Positions 20,392 through 31,413 of a stretch of DNA of 64,000 nt are shown piece by piece; position 1 is the first letter of the stretch; each line of letters opens with the position of its first letter. The DNA lies in the NCBI GenBank assembly GCA_046045965.1, contig JBJOKS010000008.1:1-64000 (forward strand), in the 5' to 3' direction. Both the position numbers and the translations under genes were made by a program. Below the pieces are notes generated by a model. That model was given only the letters and a program-made list of their open reading frames with translations. It did no database searches and was not told where the DNA came from. This DNA is from Cyanobacteriota bacterium (GTDB lineage: Bacteria > Cyanobacteriota > Cyanobacteriia > Cyanobacteriales > Nostocaceae).

Positions 20392-21546
20392 TCAACTCAG
20401 AAATTTTTGTTTCTTATCTGTTCCCTGTTCCCTGTTCCCTTTTTTGTAAAATTTTAGATGTTGATGTGCTACTTCTAATTTGGAAAAATTAAAATCATCA
20501 ATAGTTCTATTCAGGGGTTGTTCTAAAGCACAAACAATGGCTTGTGAGAGATTTTTGACAGCATCACCTTGAAGATCAAAATAACAACAGCTAGAATCAG
20601 CAATTTCTCTAAATATGGGAATATCAGAGCAAACCACCTGACACGAAAAATATAGAGCTTCTGCTAAGGGTAAACAAAATCCTTCCTGAGATGAAGCAGC
20701 AATAAAAAGTTCACATTTTTGATACAACCAACATAATTCATTATCCTTGATGGCATGAATTAGTGTCACTTGATCTTCAAGAGAAAGATGATGAATTAGA
20801 TTGAATAAACTCTCTGTTTCTGGTCCTGTATTACCTACAATAATTAGCTTAGTGGCATCTTGGAGATAACCATGTTTCTTCAAAAAGGAAAAAGTCTGTA
20901 TCAACAAATCTATGTTTTTGTTTTTACGATGTTGGGCGACACATAATAAAAAAGAATTATGATCACCAATATCTAAATCTACAGGTTGCTGAGAAGTAAT
21001 ATGACTAAAATCGACATAATTATAAATAACCATAATTTCTTTGGATGATGGAAGATGTGGAAAATATGAATTCAGGCTACTTAGTGTAGATTGAGAAACA
21101 CAGGTAATAGCATCACTATTCTCTATACATTGTTTTAAAAACAAACGGTTAAAAATAACATTTGGATATCCAAAAACCTCTGGTTTTTCATAGGGATACA
21201 AATCGTGAATTGTAGAAACAACAGGAGATGAGAACAGTGATCGCAGGAAAGGAAAAGGAAATGACAAATGAACAATGTCAGGACTAAGACGCTTGACCAA
21301 TTTTGGCAAGCCAAATAAAAACCAGATATTTCTTGCCAATGAACTATTTTTAATATCTACACCAATTAACTGAATTTTGGGGGAATGAAAAAATAGTTCA
21401 AAGTAATGCTTCTGCCATGCTCCGACAATTAAGGTTACTTTGCTAACCTCTTGAGTATCAGCCAGACATTGAGCAAGATTTGCAGCATATCTGCAAACAC
21501 CAGTTGGCTTTGAAGGCCTGTGTAAAGCAGCAATTAGTATGTGCAT
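20392..21546 (-). CDS. Glycosyltransferase family 4
   Basis: TIHDLYP, KNKNID, EGFCLPLAEAL, SDIPIFRE. Confidence 0.9.
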   Translation of the reverse strand: MHILIAALHRPSKPTGVCRYAANLAQCLADTQEVSKVTLIVGAWQKHYFELFFHSPKIQLIGVDIKNSSLARNIWFLFGLPKLVKRLSPDIVHLSFPFPFLRSLFSSPVVSTIHDLYPYEKPEVFGYPNVIFNRLFLKQCIENSDAITCVSQSTLSSLNSYFPHLPSSKEIMVIYNYVDFSHITSQQPVDLDIGDHNSFLLCVAQHRKNKNIDLLIQTFSFLKKHGYLQDATKLIIVGNTGPETESLFNLIHHLSLEDQVTLIHAIKDNELCWLYQKCELFIAASSQEGFCLPLAEALYFSCQVVCSDIPIFREIADSSCCYFDLQGDAVKNLSQAIVCALEQPLNRTIDDFNFSKLEVAHQHLKFYKKGNREQGTDKKQKFLS

Positions 21547-21614
21547 ATTAGTTTTCTGATCTTAAGTGTTAGATATTAGTAAGGTGGGAAAAACTAATTT
21601 CGTGGAAAGCCGGT

Positions 21615-22877
21615 TCAAAAAACCTGAGATATAACGTCAGTCTCCGAAACTTTCTTGCTGGCAATCTCTACATAAAGTTTATGGAGACGCTCTCCTACAA
21701 CCTGCCAACTGTAGTTTTCACTTACTAGTTTCCGGCCTGCCTGACCCATACTGACTTTCAGTTCTGGGTCTTTAACTAAATGAATCATCGCTGCTGCTAA
21801 GTCACGTACAGCTTGATATGGTTCGTCAGCAGCAATCTTAAACCCGGTTTCCTCTGTCACTTGAACAGCTGGTCCGCCTAAATCTAAACAGATTACCGGA
21901 CGACCTGCTGCCATAGCTTCCATGCACACCCACCCTCCAGAATCATGTAAGCTGGGATGAACTAGCACATGACAGTCCCGCAATAAATCTAAAGCCTTTT
22001 CACGAGGCAACTTGCCCCAAAATTGAACTTTTTGAGCAATGCCTAAATCTGATGCCAAAGTTTGCAGGTGATGCCATTCTGGTCCATCTCCTACTATCCA
22101 GTATTCTGTATTCGGTAGATTCGCTTGCGCGAAGGCTCGCAGTCCAAGGTGAAAGCCTTTCCAGTGTAAAAGTCTACCCATGCTGATAAATCTTACTATT
22201 GGCTCATTAGGCATTTCATATTGTTTGAGATGTTCTATATCTTCTGCTGATAACCCTGATTCTGGCAAAATCTGCACATGATTTGAACCCATCTTATAGA
22301 GACACTGGGCTGTATCCTGCGTTGTGGCTCTGACTACAGCACTTCTTTTAGCAGTTAGATGTACAAACGGGTCTTGCTCTCCCAACCAGCGAGCGCCGCT
22401 GCGGGCAATTTCGTATATTTTGCCATTCCAGCTAAAATCCTGCCAAAAGCTGATGGGTGCAGACTCTCCACCGCCTACTGGACCCCAAATAAGGGGAATT
22501 GGTAGCAGTGAGAGGAAACAAGGATTGGAATATTTGACAAAAGTAACATGGTGCATCAAGTCAAAATCAATTTTCTGATGTAAACGACGGGCGACAAAGT
22601 AGGCTTGAATTTGCCAGAGGTAATAGTGAAGTTGCATTCCCCCAGACTGTCCCCAGCGTCTGCTATCTTGCCAAAAGGGTAGAGTAAAGTAAACAAAGTG
22701 AAGATTGGGGATGGGGTTGCGTGCCAATTCTGCGTTGATGACATCCTGACTCTCATCGGGTCGAGTGAGTACCCAGACTTGATGGTATTTAGCGGCTTCT
22801 CTGGCAATATTCCAACCCACACCAGGTTCAGAACCCATACCTGGTTCGCAGGAGTAAGCAGATATTAAAATCTTCAT
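21615..22877 (-). CDS. Glycosyltransferase family 4
   Basis: MKILISAYSCEP..GSEPGVGW, GRLLHWKG, PSLHDSGGWVCMEAMAAG. Confidence 0.9.
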   Translation of the reverse strand: MKILISAYSCEPGMGSEPGVGWNIAREAAKYHQVWVLTRPDESQDVINAELARNPIPNLHFVYFTLPFWQDSRRWGQSGGMQLHYYLWQIQAYFVARRLHQKIDFDLMHHVTFVKYSNPCFLSLLPIPLIWGPVGGGESAPISFWQDFSWNGKIYEIARSGARWLGEQDPFVHLTAKRSAVVRATTQDTAQCLYKMGSNHVQILPESGLSAEDIEHLKQYEMPNEPIVRFISMGRLLHWKGFHLGLRAFAQANLPNTEYWIVGDGPEWHHLQTLASDLGIAQKVQFWGKLPREKALDLLRDCHVLVHPSLHDSGGWVCMEAMAAGRPVICLDLGGPAVQVTEETGFKIAADEPYQAVRDLAAAMIHLVKDPELKVSMGQAGRKLVSENYSWQVVGERLHKLYVEIASKKVSETDVISQVF

Positions 22878-24283
22878 AGGGAATTGGTAATAGGTAATTG
22901 ATAATTGGGAAATTCTTTTCTCCTGCTACCATGGCTTTTTTGTTTTTTTAGTCGTCGTTCTTGCCATGCTATTCCTAATATGAAAGTAATAAAAAGCATG
23001 AAGCCTGGTTCCTCTATTTGAGTAAAAATAAAACCCAGGACGAAAACAGTTAGTAAAGTAATTTTTAAAGAATCATCTAGACCAAAGTGTTGCCAGGTCA
23101 AATAGCCTAGAAATAGGTATGTTCCTACACCCAAAAGTCCTAAATCCCCCCATATTCCAGCCCAGCCAAAAATGGGCATGAAGAAAGTAGAACCAGAACA
23201 AAGCCAAGAATTACCACAAAATTCCATTGCTTCTTGACCAATGGGACTCGTGGTAGCGCCTAGTGGTCCAAGTATAGACCAATAATCTTTCAGAAACCAT
23301 GCTCCTAGACGACTTACAGTATGTCCTGGACCTAGACCAAATAACCAATCTAAAGATGATTGATAATCAGATAAAATAGAACGCAATGAGTAGAATTTGG
23401 TATACCAAGCCTCACCATCGGGTCCGTAAAGTTCCGGTCGCGCCCAGGATGTAAATGCAGCAAATGCTTCTAAGTTTTGTACACACCAAAGAAATACGTA
23501 TCCGAAGATAGCGATCGCACTCAGAAGTTTGATAGTTTTACCAAGATCCTTTAAATTGACCAAGATGAGCAGTCCCCAGGCGATTAGATAGGCAAGTACA
23601 ATTTGTTTGGAGTCAGAAAATAGAATCTGCCAGAAAGCAGCGATAATTACCATGATTCTTATCCATAATGGAACAGTCTTTTCATTAGTAAAAAAGTAGA
23701 GAGCAAAAGCAACTGATACCGAAGCAGATACATAATTTCCAGCCCCAGAAATAAAAAATACTCCACCGCATCCATCTGTGCCATTAAATCCGTTAGCAGA
23801 GATAATTTCTGCATCAATTAGAGGTTTTTGGACAGCAGCGAGGACGAAGTTAATGACAGCAGACCAGATCAGCCATTTTTTGATGCGTGTAATGGATTTA
23901 GCAGACATGGGAATACAGGCGATCGCTAACAGAAAGATAAAAGGTTCGCCAAGCATCATGAAAGAGACAATTGCGTTAATTAAGCCTGTGTTATTCCATA
24001 AAGCACTAGCCAAGATGGTTACTAGAAACATGAAAATTCCCAATAAAAAAGAATATGCAATGGCAATTTGTTTATGCTCTTTCACCCGAATTGTGAATAA
24101 TACAACTCCTAAAACAAGTGGAACAATTACAAAATGAGCAAGGTTAAGGATTGAGGGTGCGCGAGTAATTGAGCAAAAAATTCGAGAGTAGAAAACTGTG
24201 GAAAATGCCAAGATAATTAAGCTGGTATTATCAATTAATCCCTTTGTCTTTGGTTTCTTAGTTGTCGGTGATTGTAAATACAT
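22874..24283 (-). CDS. Polytopic membrane protein, possible polysaccharide polymerase (Wzy-like)
   Basis: About 10-12 hydrophobic segments, LFGLGPG loop motif, position among GT genes. Confidence 0.55.
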   Translation of the reverse strand: MYLQSPTTKKPKTKGLIDNTSLIILAFSTVFYSRIFCSITRAPSILNLAHFVIVPLVLGVVLFTIRVKEHKQIAIAYSFLLGIFMFLVTILASALWNNTGLINAIVSFMMLGEPFIFLLAIACIPMSAKSITRIKKWLIWSAVINFVLAAVQKPLIDAEIISANGFNGTDGCGGVFFISGAGNYVSASVSVAFALYFFTNEKTVPLWIRIMVIIAAFWQILFSDSKQIVLAYLIAWGLLILVNLKDLGKTIKLLSAIAIFGYVFLWCVQNLEAFAAFTSWARPELYGPDGEAWYTKFYSLRSILSDYQSSLDWLFGLGPGHTVSRLGAWFLKDYWSILGPLGATTSPIGQEAMEFCGNSWLCSGSTFFMPIFGWAGIWGDLGLLGVGTYLFLGYLTWQHFGLDDSLKITLLTVFVLGFIFTQIEEPGFMLFITFILGIAWQERRLKKQKSHGSRRKEFPNYQLPITNSL

Positions 24284-24341
24284 AATTTTGATATTTTAGA
24301 GCTTTTGCTTGATCTTCGCCAGTCAATATCTATCTACTAAA

Positions 24342-24480
24342 TAGGGTTTGCTGATAAAGTCTTTTCGTTGAGGTCTAGGAGTCAGGAGTCAGGAGTCAGG
24401 AGGAGATTTGAAAACTTCTTTTCCATCTCTCGAACTCTACAAAAGTGCAAGGTTTTTGAGTCATAAGACGCTATATCGAA
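24342..24480. mobile_element. MITE/IS-end remnant carrying (CAGGAGT)n
   Basis: Starts tagggtttgctgataaagtc, resembling termini of cyanobacterial IS/MITE elements; no partner end seen. Confidence 0.35.
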
Positions 24481-24500
24481 AGCACCTACTTTCCTGTTTA

Positions 24501-25754
24501 TCAGCCTCGAACCTTTGATTTATCTGGGTTTTGCATTTTTTCAGCAAGCCCTAAATATTTTGATTTTTGATCTGCTAACTGTTCATAAATTGAAACCAAA
24601 TGGGCTACTGATTTTTTCCAAGTCAATTGTTTAGCTCTCGCACAACCCTGAGCAATTAATTTTTGACGATATATGGAATTCTGTTTCAGACTAACTACAG
24701 TTTCAGACATAGCTTTAATATCCATAGGCTCTACTATTACCGCTGCATTATCCACCACTTCAGGTAGGGATGAAACATTGGAAGTAATTACGGGTAGTCC
24801 GCAGGCCATAGCTTCTAAAATTGTCAAACCAAACCCTTCATAAAGAGATGGTGCTAAGAGAACATCGGCTGCATTATAAAGTTGAATCAGAATATTTTGA
24901 TCAGCAGTACCAAAATCAAGAATATCTTGGATAAGATTGTGTTCTTTAATAAAGTCTATTTGCTCTGGTGTGAACTTGCCACCACAACGCCAAAGACGCA
25001 CACTATAACCTTTTTCTTTTAAAGATTTTAACACTTGTAAAACAGTGATAATATTCTTGCGTTGGTGGGTTGAACCAATATTAAGTAAACAGATTTCTTC
25101 AGGCGATCGCTGATATTTTGTCCGAAATAATTTTACTTCTGGGGATGGTAATGGTTCAAAAGATGCTTCAACTCCGTTGGGAATTACCACAATTTTTTCT
25201 AATGCAATATCCAACCTTTCATGAACATCCTTAGCTGTATTAGAGGAAACAGAAACGACACAATCAGCATAACACATTCCTTTGACAGAAAATTGCCAAG
25301 ATGCCATACTAAAAGCAGGAAAACGGGATTGTCCTTTGAGAATTTCTGGATAGATCAACTGCACCAAATCGTGACAGGTAATAATAATAGGTTTACCTTT
25401 TTTCTTTAACCAATAAGCTACATGAGCATTGGTATGATCAATAATGTGATAAATATCTGCTTCTATCTGACAAACTTGTTGAGGATGATGCCAATAACGT
25501 TTGTAATATTTGTGGATACCTGTGCCAGAGTGCCATAGATGATCTTGATTTTTACTCCAAGGTTGGGGTGCAATTTCGATAATTTCCCAATGGGGACGGA
25601 TTCGTTTTAATTCAGTAACTAAATTGTTAGCATAGACATCCATGCTGTAGGCAACATTAGCTTCTCTGCGAATAATTACTAATCGCATTGCATATTTATC
25701 TCCAAATAATCTGAACAGTGTAGTTTGAATTTTTCGAGATGTCCTTAAATTCAA
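24501..25754 (-). CDS. Glycosyltransferase family 4 (true start probably MRLVII)
   Basis: TCHDL, RKNI, PSLYEGFGLTILEAMACG, SSLPEV. Confidence 0.9.
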   Translation of the reverse strand: MNLRTSRKIQTTLFRLFGDKYAMRLVIIRREANVAYSMDVYANNLVTELKRIRPHWEIIEIAPQPWSKNQDHLWHSGTGIHKYYKRYWHHPQQVCQIEADIYHIIDHTNAHVAYWLKKKGKPIIITCHDLVQLIYPEILKGQSRFPAFSMASWQFSVKGMCYADCVVSVSSNTAKDVHERLDIALEKIVVIPNGVEASFEPLPSPEVKLFRTKYQRSPEEICLLNIGSTHQRKNIITVLQVLKSLKEKGYSVRLWRCGGKFTPEQIDFIKEHNLIQDILDFGTADQNILIQLYNAADVLLAPSLYEGFGLTILEAMACGLPVITSNVSSLPEVVDNAAVIVEPMDIKAMSETVVSLKQNSIYRQKLIAQGCARAKQLTWKKSVAHLVSIYEQLADQKSKYLGLAEKMQNPDKSKVRG

Positions 25755-25757
25755 CTT

Positions 25758-26726
25758 TTAATCAAGAAGATTCTTGTCTATCAGATCAAGTAATCTAGAG
25801 GATTTTTCTGTAGTAAATTTTCTAGCAAAAAAAAATTCAGAGTAACTAAAAGCTCCGCGGATTAATGATGTATCCATCAGATTGCACAATTCTTTGGACA
25901 TTCGTTGTTCGCTTGGTTTTCTATTTAAAGACAAGTCCTCAAGAAACTCATAATCATCCTCAATAAAAATTCTCCCCTCAAAGTTTAGCGTGATATTTGA
26001 AACTTCATGAGGCCACCTAATTTCTTTCCGAAACCCTCCTGCTTTTTCCAGAAAAGGAGAGTTAGCTACAACGGTATGAAAACAATGTTCATCAGGTGCG
26101 TGAGCATATTTATAAAAATTTAAAAAAACTGGATTTTGTTTTAGATATTGTAAAATGAAAGCAGCACATTTAGGAGTAATTGCCCACCATTGGCTACCCC
26201 AAGCTGTTGAAACATTTTTTAGAGGCTTTTTTGTCACTCCTAAATGAAATATTTTTTGTAATATTTGTCTAAAGAGTCTGTCATTATAAAAAGGTTGTAA
26301 AGGTTCCATAAACCAGTAGTTAGTGAGCCGTTTTTCAGAGGGTAATGGCGATTCATTGAGGTTAGTAATTTTAATAAATTGTCTATCGGGATTGCTTTTC
26401 AAAAAATCATAGAATGTGGATACAGGTTTAATTGGATAATCAGAACCAGAGAGAAGTACCAAATGTGAAAAATTTTCATTGGATGCCAAAGCAGCTTTAA
26501 TAAGGTTTAAAATTGCCTTGACCATTGAAATCCCTCCCCAATAAACTTTTATTCTCTCGGAAATGAAAGCTACTGACTTTATATGGGCAATATGTATATA
26601 TCTATCAATATTTGTTTTTTTGTCCAAATGTATAAAAATATGAGCCTGATAATCAATAGATTTAATCAATCTTTCCAAGTGAATTGGATCGTGATGAGCT
26701 AATACTAAATAGGCTATCTTAACCAT
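25758..26726 (-). CDS. Core-2/I-branching beta-1,6-N-acetylglucosaminyltransferase-like (GT14)
   Basis: KIAYLVLAH, IHLDKK, VYWGGISMV, LSGSDYPIKP, GSQWW, PDE..FHT, FARKF. Confidence 0.88.
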   Translation of the reverse strand: MVKIAYLVLAHHDPIHLERLIKSIDYQAHIFIHLDKKTNIDRYIHIAHIKSVAFISERIKVYWGGISMVKAILNLIKAALASNENFSHLVLLSGSDYPIKPVSTFYDFLKSNPDRQFIKITNLNESPLPSEKRLTNYWFMEPLQPFYNDRLFRQILQKIFHLGVTKKPLKNVSTAWGSQWWAITPKCAAFILQYLKQNPVFLNFYKYAHAPDEHCFHTVVANSPFLEKAGGFRKEIRWPHEVSNITLNFEGRIFIEDDYEFLEDLSLNRKPSEQRMSKELCNLMDTSLIRGAFSYSEFFFARKFTTEKSSRLLDLIDKNLLD

Positions 26727-26782
26727 GAAAAAAACTCCTTGATTAACAAAAAAGCTAATTTAAAGTTGAAGAAAAACAGATT

Positions 26783-28021
26783 CTATTGATGACAATGTTG
26801 AACAGGATTATGAATACTTACAATACCTTGTTTAATTCTCTCGATCACTTCCAAAAAAGCTTTCACTTCGCAATAAATATCTTGTCCATAAAAGACTTCT
26901 TTAGACTTGGTGCTATACTTCTTGCGAGTTTCAATATCAGTCATTTCTAGCATTCTATTTGCTAAAATATCAGAATTACCACAAGGATAAACCAAACCAT
27001 TGTAGCGATGGCGAACTGTATCGTTATATCCCCAATTGCCACAGCGATCGCTTAAAATAGGTGGACAACCTGACACCATTGCTTCTGAAACTACAAGAGG
27101 ATGAGGATCGATCCAAGAGGTGACAACAAAAACATCCATCGCTGCATAGTAAAGAGGAATTTTGGCTTGATTCACAAAACCCAGATTGATAACTTCTCCA
27201 TTACCCAGTTGACTAAGACATTGATTAATCTCCGATTCTAACTCACCGCCACCAATCATAATTCCCCTAATGCGTGGATCACGTTGATGGGCTTTTTCTA
27301 TAGCTTCGATAAATTCAAAGGGATTTTTCCGCTCAATATATTTACCTGCAAAGCCATAGATTAAAGTATCTTCATTCCAACTAAGTTCTTGACGAATTTT
27401 CAGGATTTCCTCTTGGTTTTGTCTAATTGATTGCTCAAATCTTTCACCATCTATAGGGTGACAACCACGGACAATTTTTGCGTCTGCAACACCATAATGA
27501 CGCAAGTGAATTTCATTATGGTCACCGCATGAAAGCCAGTAATCTGCTAAGTTCAGCATCCAGGGATAAAGAATCGCCATCACAATTTGCCGTAAGCGAC
27601 TGTAGCGACAATCTGACATGATGGTTGCATCGTTCTGCATGATTAAAGGAATGCCACGCAGTTTACACAGCAAAGCCGTTAATCTATAGGAGTAATTAAC
27701 AAAACTCTGCATAAAAATAGCATCGAAATTATCTGAAGTTAGATAACTAAATAACTCTGGGCTGATAACGTTCTTTTTTTGTTGGGATGGAACTTTTCCA
27801 AACAAATCTTTGAGGTAATCATACTCATAGCCACTCAATAAGTCAACATCCCAAGGTTGAGAACTTTTACCCAGTAAAACATCGCCACTAAGTTGATTTT
27901 CATTGCACAAATAAAATACTTTTACTGAAATATCTGGTTGTTCATTCAACTTTTTCCATAGAGGTCCGTGGTGTTGAGTTGGATGGGTAAAAACAACGCC
28001 TAAACGAAATTGATCATTCAT
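26783..28021 (-). CDS. Glycosyltransferase family 4
   Basis: THPTQH, GKYIERKNP, GFVNQ, LVVSEAM. Confidence 0.85.
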   Translation of the reverse strand: MNDQFRLGVVFTHPTQHHGPLWKKLNEQPDISVKVFYLCNENQLSGDVLLGKSSQPWDVDLLSGYEYDYLKDLFGKVPSQQKKNVISPELFSYLTSDNFDAIFMQSFVNYSYRLTALLCKLRGIPLIMQNDATIMSDCRYSRLRQIVMAILYPWMLNLADYWLSCGDHNEIHLRHYGVADAKIVRGCHPIDGERFEQSIRQNQEEILKIRQELSWNEDTLIYGFAGKYIERKNPFEFIEAIEKAHQRDPRIRGIMIGGGELESEINQCLSQLGNGEVINLGFVNQAKIPLYYAAMDVFVVTSWIDPHPLVVSEAMVSGCPPILSDRCGNWGYNDTVRHRYNGLVYPCGNSDILANRMLEMTDIETRKKYSTKSKEVFYGQDIYCEVKAFLEVIERIKQGIVSIHNPVQHCHQ

Positions 28022-28057
28022 AAAACTAATTCTTAATGAGTATGTATTATCAGCAAT

Positions 28058-29113
28058 TTATTTAACTAATGTGCGAATTTTAATTAATATTTGATCAATT
28101 GTTTTTGGACGAAGATGCGGAGCATATAACCAAGTAAAACCCAATTTTGCTAGTGGAACTGGCATCAGTCCCACCCAGAGAAAAAAGATGCTATAAATAC
28201 ATCGTTTCTGACAGTTAAAGTCAGAATATTTCCAAAGAGACTGCAATCCCCAATAAATGAGTTGAAGTGAATTGTCTGAAGGAACAGGATGGGCTTGAGG
28301 ATCTAGACGCAGAGATGCTAAACGTGACCACAAACGACCCAACGATCTTTTTCCCAAGTCACTAGGAACTTCCAAACCGAACTCCCTAGCTAGTTCTAGC
28401 AGTAGAGCAAAGTTTTGTAAATCATGTTCCACAAATCTGCGAAATCGGCTGCCGGAAACTGATGTTAACGCCCATTGGTTGCTGTTATGAATGCGGTATA
28501 AACCAAGTGGTTCTTCAATGGCAACAACTTCACCATAAAAAGGAGTTGAAATCATTAAATAGTCATCAGCGGTGGTTTTATAATCATTGGGAATTGGGAA
28601 AACATTAGTTAGAGTAGTTCGACTGTAAGCATTACCGCTCATGGGTGTACTCGTATAGCTACTGGTTTCCAGCAAATGTCGCCACACTTCTCCACAAGAC
28701 AACTTTGCTTCAGTCGTAGGAGTGCAATATCCTAATGGTTGCTTTTCGGTATCCACGACTTGTAAGCGGTAGTGAACTTTCCCAATTTCAGGCTTCCATA
28801 CCTCTACAACTTGTTGAACTGCATTAGGTAAGAGACAGTCATCAGAGTCAAGGAAAAGGATAATATCACCATGACTAGATGCAAAACCACTATTTAGAGC
28901 CGCAGCTTGTTTGCCGTTCTCTTGGAAGATTGGTGTAATGCGATCGCTATATTCAGCAATAATATCACGGGAATTATCAGTTGAACCATCATCAACAACA
29001 ATTATTTCCGTATGAGGATAGGTTTGGTTAATGGCGCTATTGATTGCTTCTGGGAGAAAGCGATCGTAGTTGTAATTATTAATGATGATACTTACAATCA
29101 AGTTCTTATCCAT
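28058..29113 (-). CDS. Glycosyltransferase family 2
   Basis: SIIINNYNY, VVDDGSTD, FLDSDD. Confidence 0.92.
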   Translation of the reverse strand: MDKNLIVSIIINNYNYDRFLPEAINSAINQTYPHTEIIVVDDGSTDNSRDIIAEYSDRITPIFQENGKQAAALNSGFASSHGDIILFLDSDDCLLPNAVQQVVEVWKPEIGKVHYRLQVVDTEKQPLGYCTPTTEAKLSCGEVWRHLLETSSYTSTPMSGNAYSRTTLTNVFPIPNDYKTTADDYLMISTPFYGEVVAIEEPLGLYRIHNSNQWALTSVSGSRFRRFVEHDLQNFALLLELAREFGLEVPSDLGKRSLGRLWSRLASLRLDPQAHPVPSDNSLQLIYWGLQSLWKYSDFNCQKRCIYSIFFLWVGLMPVPLAKLGFTWLYAPHLRPKTIDQILIKIRTLVK

Positions 29114-29206
29114 AACTGTAAAGCCTATGAATATTGCGGTGAATATGACAAAAAACTAAGAATTTATTAGGGGAGTATTTACTTTTAAGGTGAGATAGTT
29201 ATGAAA

Positions 29207-30181
29207 CTAATCAACTATTTGAGTAAAAGACAAGCCTAAACGAATTTGTCTAGGAAGATAAGTAATACTCAGCCTTAGAAAAGCTTTCCAGGATAGAAAT
29301 AAGCGTAACGATTCTTTAAATAACTGGCGAGCTTGTTGAATGTCGTTAAATTCCAATCTAGCCCTACCACACCTATACAACATATATGCTAACTGCTGTT
29401 CAATAAACTTTTGCCATTCAGGAAAGTAATTCGCTGCCAGCAAACTACGGTATATGAAAACTTCTGGCTCAAATTTATCAGCAGATGGTCTAAGGGTTTC
29501 CATCTGGGGATGTATTCTATAACGAGTTAAACGTTCCGCAACATAGTAAAATGGCTGACCACTGACTGCTAGTAAACAACTAATCCAAAAATCATAAGCT
29601 CCAGAAACATCACTAACAAGTAAATCGGTATTGAGAAATTCTTTTCGGAAAACAGCGGACTGAACAAGGGGAATTGTTTTATTGAGTGCGAGATAAGTTG
29701 TGTTTCTTAACTCACCTTCAGCAAGTTTATCTCTTTTGAATATTTTTGTATTTCTATCGGTTTGTTGCATATCAATTTTGCCATCTTGAAGCATGATCCA
29801 ATGATCGCTAAATGCTAATATCCGTCCAGAATCTTGCTCTAATGGTAATACTAACCGCAACAAGAAATTGGGTTCCCAATAATCATCATCATTAAGAATA
29901 GCCACATATTTTCCTCTTGCTTCCAAGATGGCAACACGTATATTTAATGCTACACCAAGTCTCCGCTGATTAGACCGATAACGCACTCGATCAGGTCTAC
30001 TAACTGATTCGCAAATAGTTTTTGCAGCTTCACTATCTGCGTCGTCTGTAACAATAATTTCATAGGAATCAAATGTTTGTGCTAAAACGCTCTCGATAGC
30101 CTCTCGGAGAAACTCAACTCGTTTAAAAACAGTGACAATGATTGTTACCAGGGGTTCCATATTACTTAATTCTATTATCAA
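29207..30181 (-). CDS. Glycosyltransferase family 2
   Basis: VTIIVTVFKR, IIVTDD, ILNDDDYW, YRIH. Confidence 0.9.
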   Translation of the reverse strand: MIIELSNMEPLVTIIVTVFKRVEFLREAIESVLAQTFDSYEIIVTDDADSEAAKTICESVSRPDRVRYRSNQRRLGVALNIRVAILEARGKYVAILNDDDYWEPNFLLRLVLPLEQDSGRILAFSDHWIMLQDGKIDMQQTDRNTKIFKRDKLAEGELRNTTYLALNKTIPLVQSAVFRKEFLNTDLLVSDVSGAYDFWISCLLAVSGQPFYYVAERLTRYRIHPQMETLRPSADKFEPEVFIYRSLLAANYFPEWQKFIEQQLAYMLYRCGRARLEFNDIQQARQLFKESLRLFLSWKAFLRLSITYLPRQIRLGLSFTQIVD

Positions 30182-30214
30182 TATCTTTGATTACTCAGCC
30201 GCTACTTGCAATTT

Positions 30215-31363
30215 TTATGCTATTGTTATGAGCAAATCTCTAACTTTTTGACCAGCTACTCTCCAGTTCAGACGCGATTCATATTCATTAAAAGCAGAGA
30301 GAGCTAATTCTTTGTATTGATGGTAATTTGTAAATATATTATAAATATATTCACAATATTCCATAGGATCACTATCCCGATCAAATAGTTTTCCATTCAC
30401 ATCATCTTTGATAATTGTCGGAATTCCACCAACGCTTCTTGAGATACAAGGTACTCCTAATGAATTGGCTTCACAAAAAACAATAGGGCTACAATCTGCA
30501 ATTGAAGGTAGGATTAAAAAATGAGAATCGGCAATGAGTTGATATATTTTCTTTTTACCTTCAGAAGTGGATTTTGGAATAAACCCCATAACTTTAACAA
30601 AATCAGGTAGGGTTTCATCCACGCTAGGTTGACAGCCAACTATTGTTAATTCTATATTTAAACCTAAATTATTCAACTTTTTAGCTACATCCAAAGCGAT
30701 ATCTCCTCCCTTCCGAAACCAATCCATCCCTAGAAATAGCAATTTACATTGATTTGTGGGTCTAGATTGAATCTGGCTTTTAATTTCGTTAATAGTTAAA
30801 TTACTTTCAATATTTGCCCCGAAAGGTACAACTTTCACCTTTTCAGGATCGGTATTGTAATAGTTAATAGCTGTTTGGGCTGCCCATTCAGAAGAGTAAA
30901 TTGCTAACTGAGATTTTTGTAGACTTATACTCTGAATCAAATGGGCATTATGGAGTGATTCTTGACAGAGATGACTATATACAGGATAAAAATCTATGAG
31001 ATTGGCAAAGGTAGCATCTGCCCAAAAAACAATTGGTTGATTACATTCGAGATAAGCAATTGAATCACTTCCTGCACTAAAGACGATATCAGCTTCCATA
31101 GTATTCAACTTTTGATAAATTTGTTTTCCATGGTCTTTTAAAATCAATGAATTGATATATTTTATATAGTTTTTTCCCAAATATTTATAGTAACGACTTT
31201 TCAATTTAGTCACAAATTGTAGTGCTAATCTATCCTCTAATGGTCCAATATAATCAAGAGGCATAGATTGCTTTTGAAGTGACTGAGCAATATAATAGCC
31301 TGTCCCAGACCACTTGTTGCTGAGAACTTTTGCATCAAAATTAGTAACGTAAGCTATTTTCAT
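30215..31363 (-). CDS. Glycosyltransferase family 4
   Basis: WSGT, DATF, VVPFGAN, RKGGD, PSIADCSPIVFCEA. Confidence 0.9.
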   Translation of the reverse strand: MKIAYVTNFDAKVLSNKWSGTGYYIAQSLQKQSMPLDYIGPLEDRLALQFVTKLKSRYYKYLGKNYIKYINSLILKDHGKQIYQKLNTMEADIVFSAGSDSIAYLECNQPIVFWADATFANLIDFYPVYSHLCQESLHNAHLIQSISLQKSQLAIYSSEWAAQTAINYYNTDPEKVKVVPFGANIESNLTINEIKSQIQSRPTNQCKLLFLGMDWFRKGGDIALDVAKKLNNLGLNIELTIVGCQPSVDETLPDFVKVMGFIPKSTSEGKKKIYQLIADSHFLILPSIADCSPIVFCEANSLGVPCISRSVGGIPTIIKDDVNGKLFDRDSDPMEYCEYIYNIFTNYHQYKELALSAFNEYESRLNWRVAGQKVRDLLITIA

Positions 31364-31413
31364 TAATTCTTCAATCCTGTTTGAATAAATATTATAGGGA
31401 ATGACATAATTCC

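Noticed and set aside
20290..20400. Possible IS remnant at the cupB/EPS boundary
   Set aside because: No terminal repeat or transposase frame could be supported by eye
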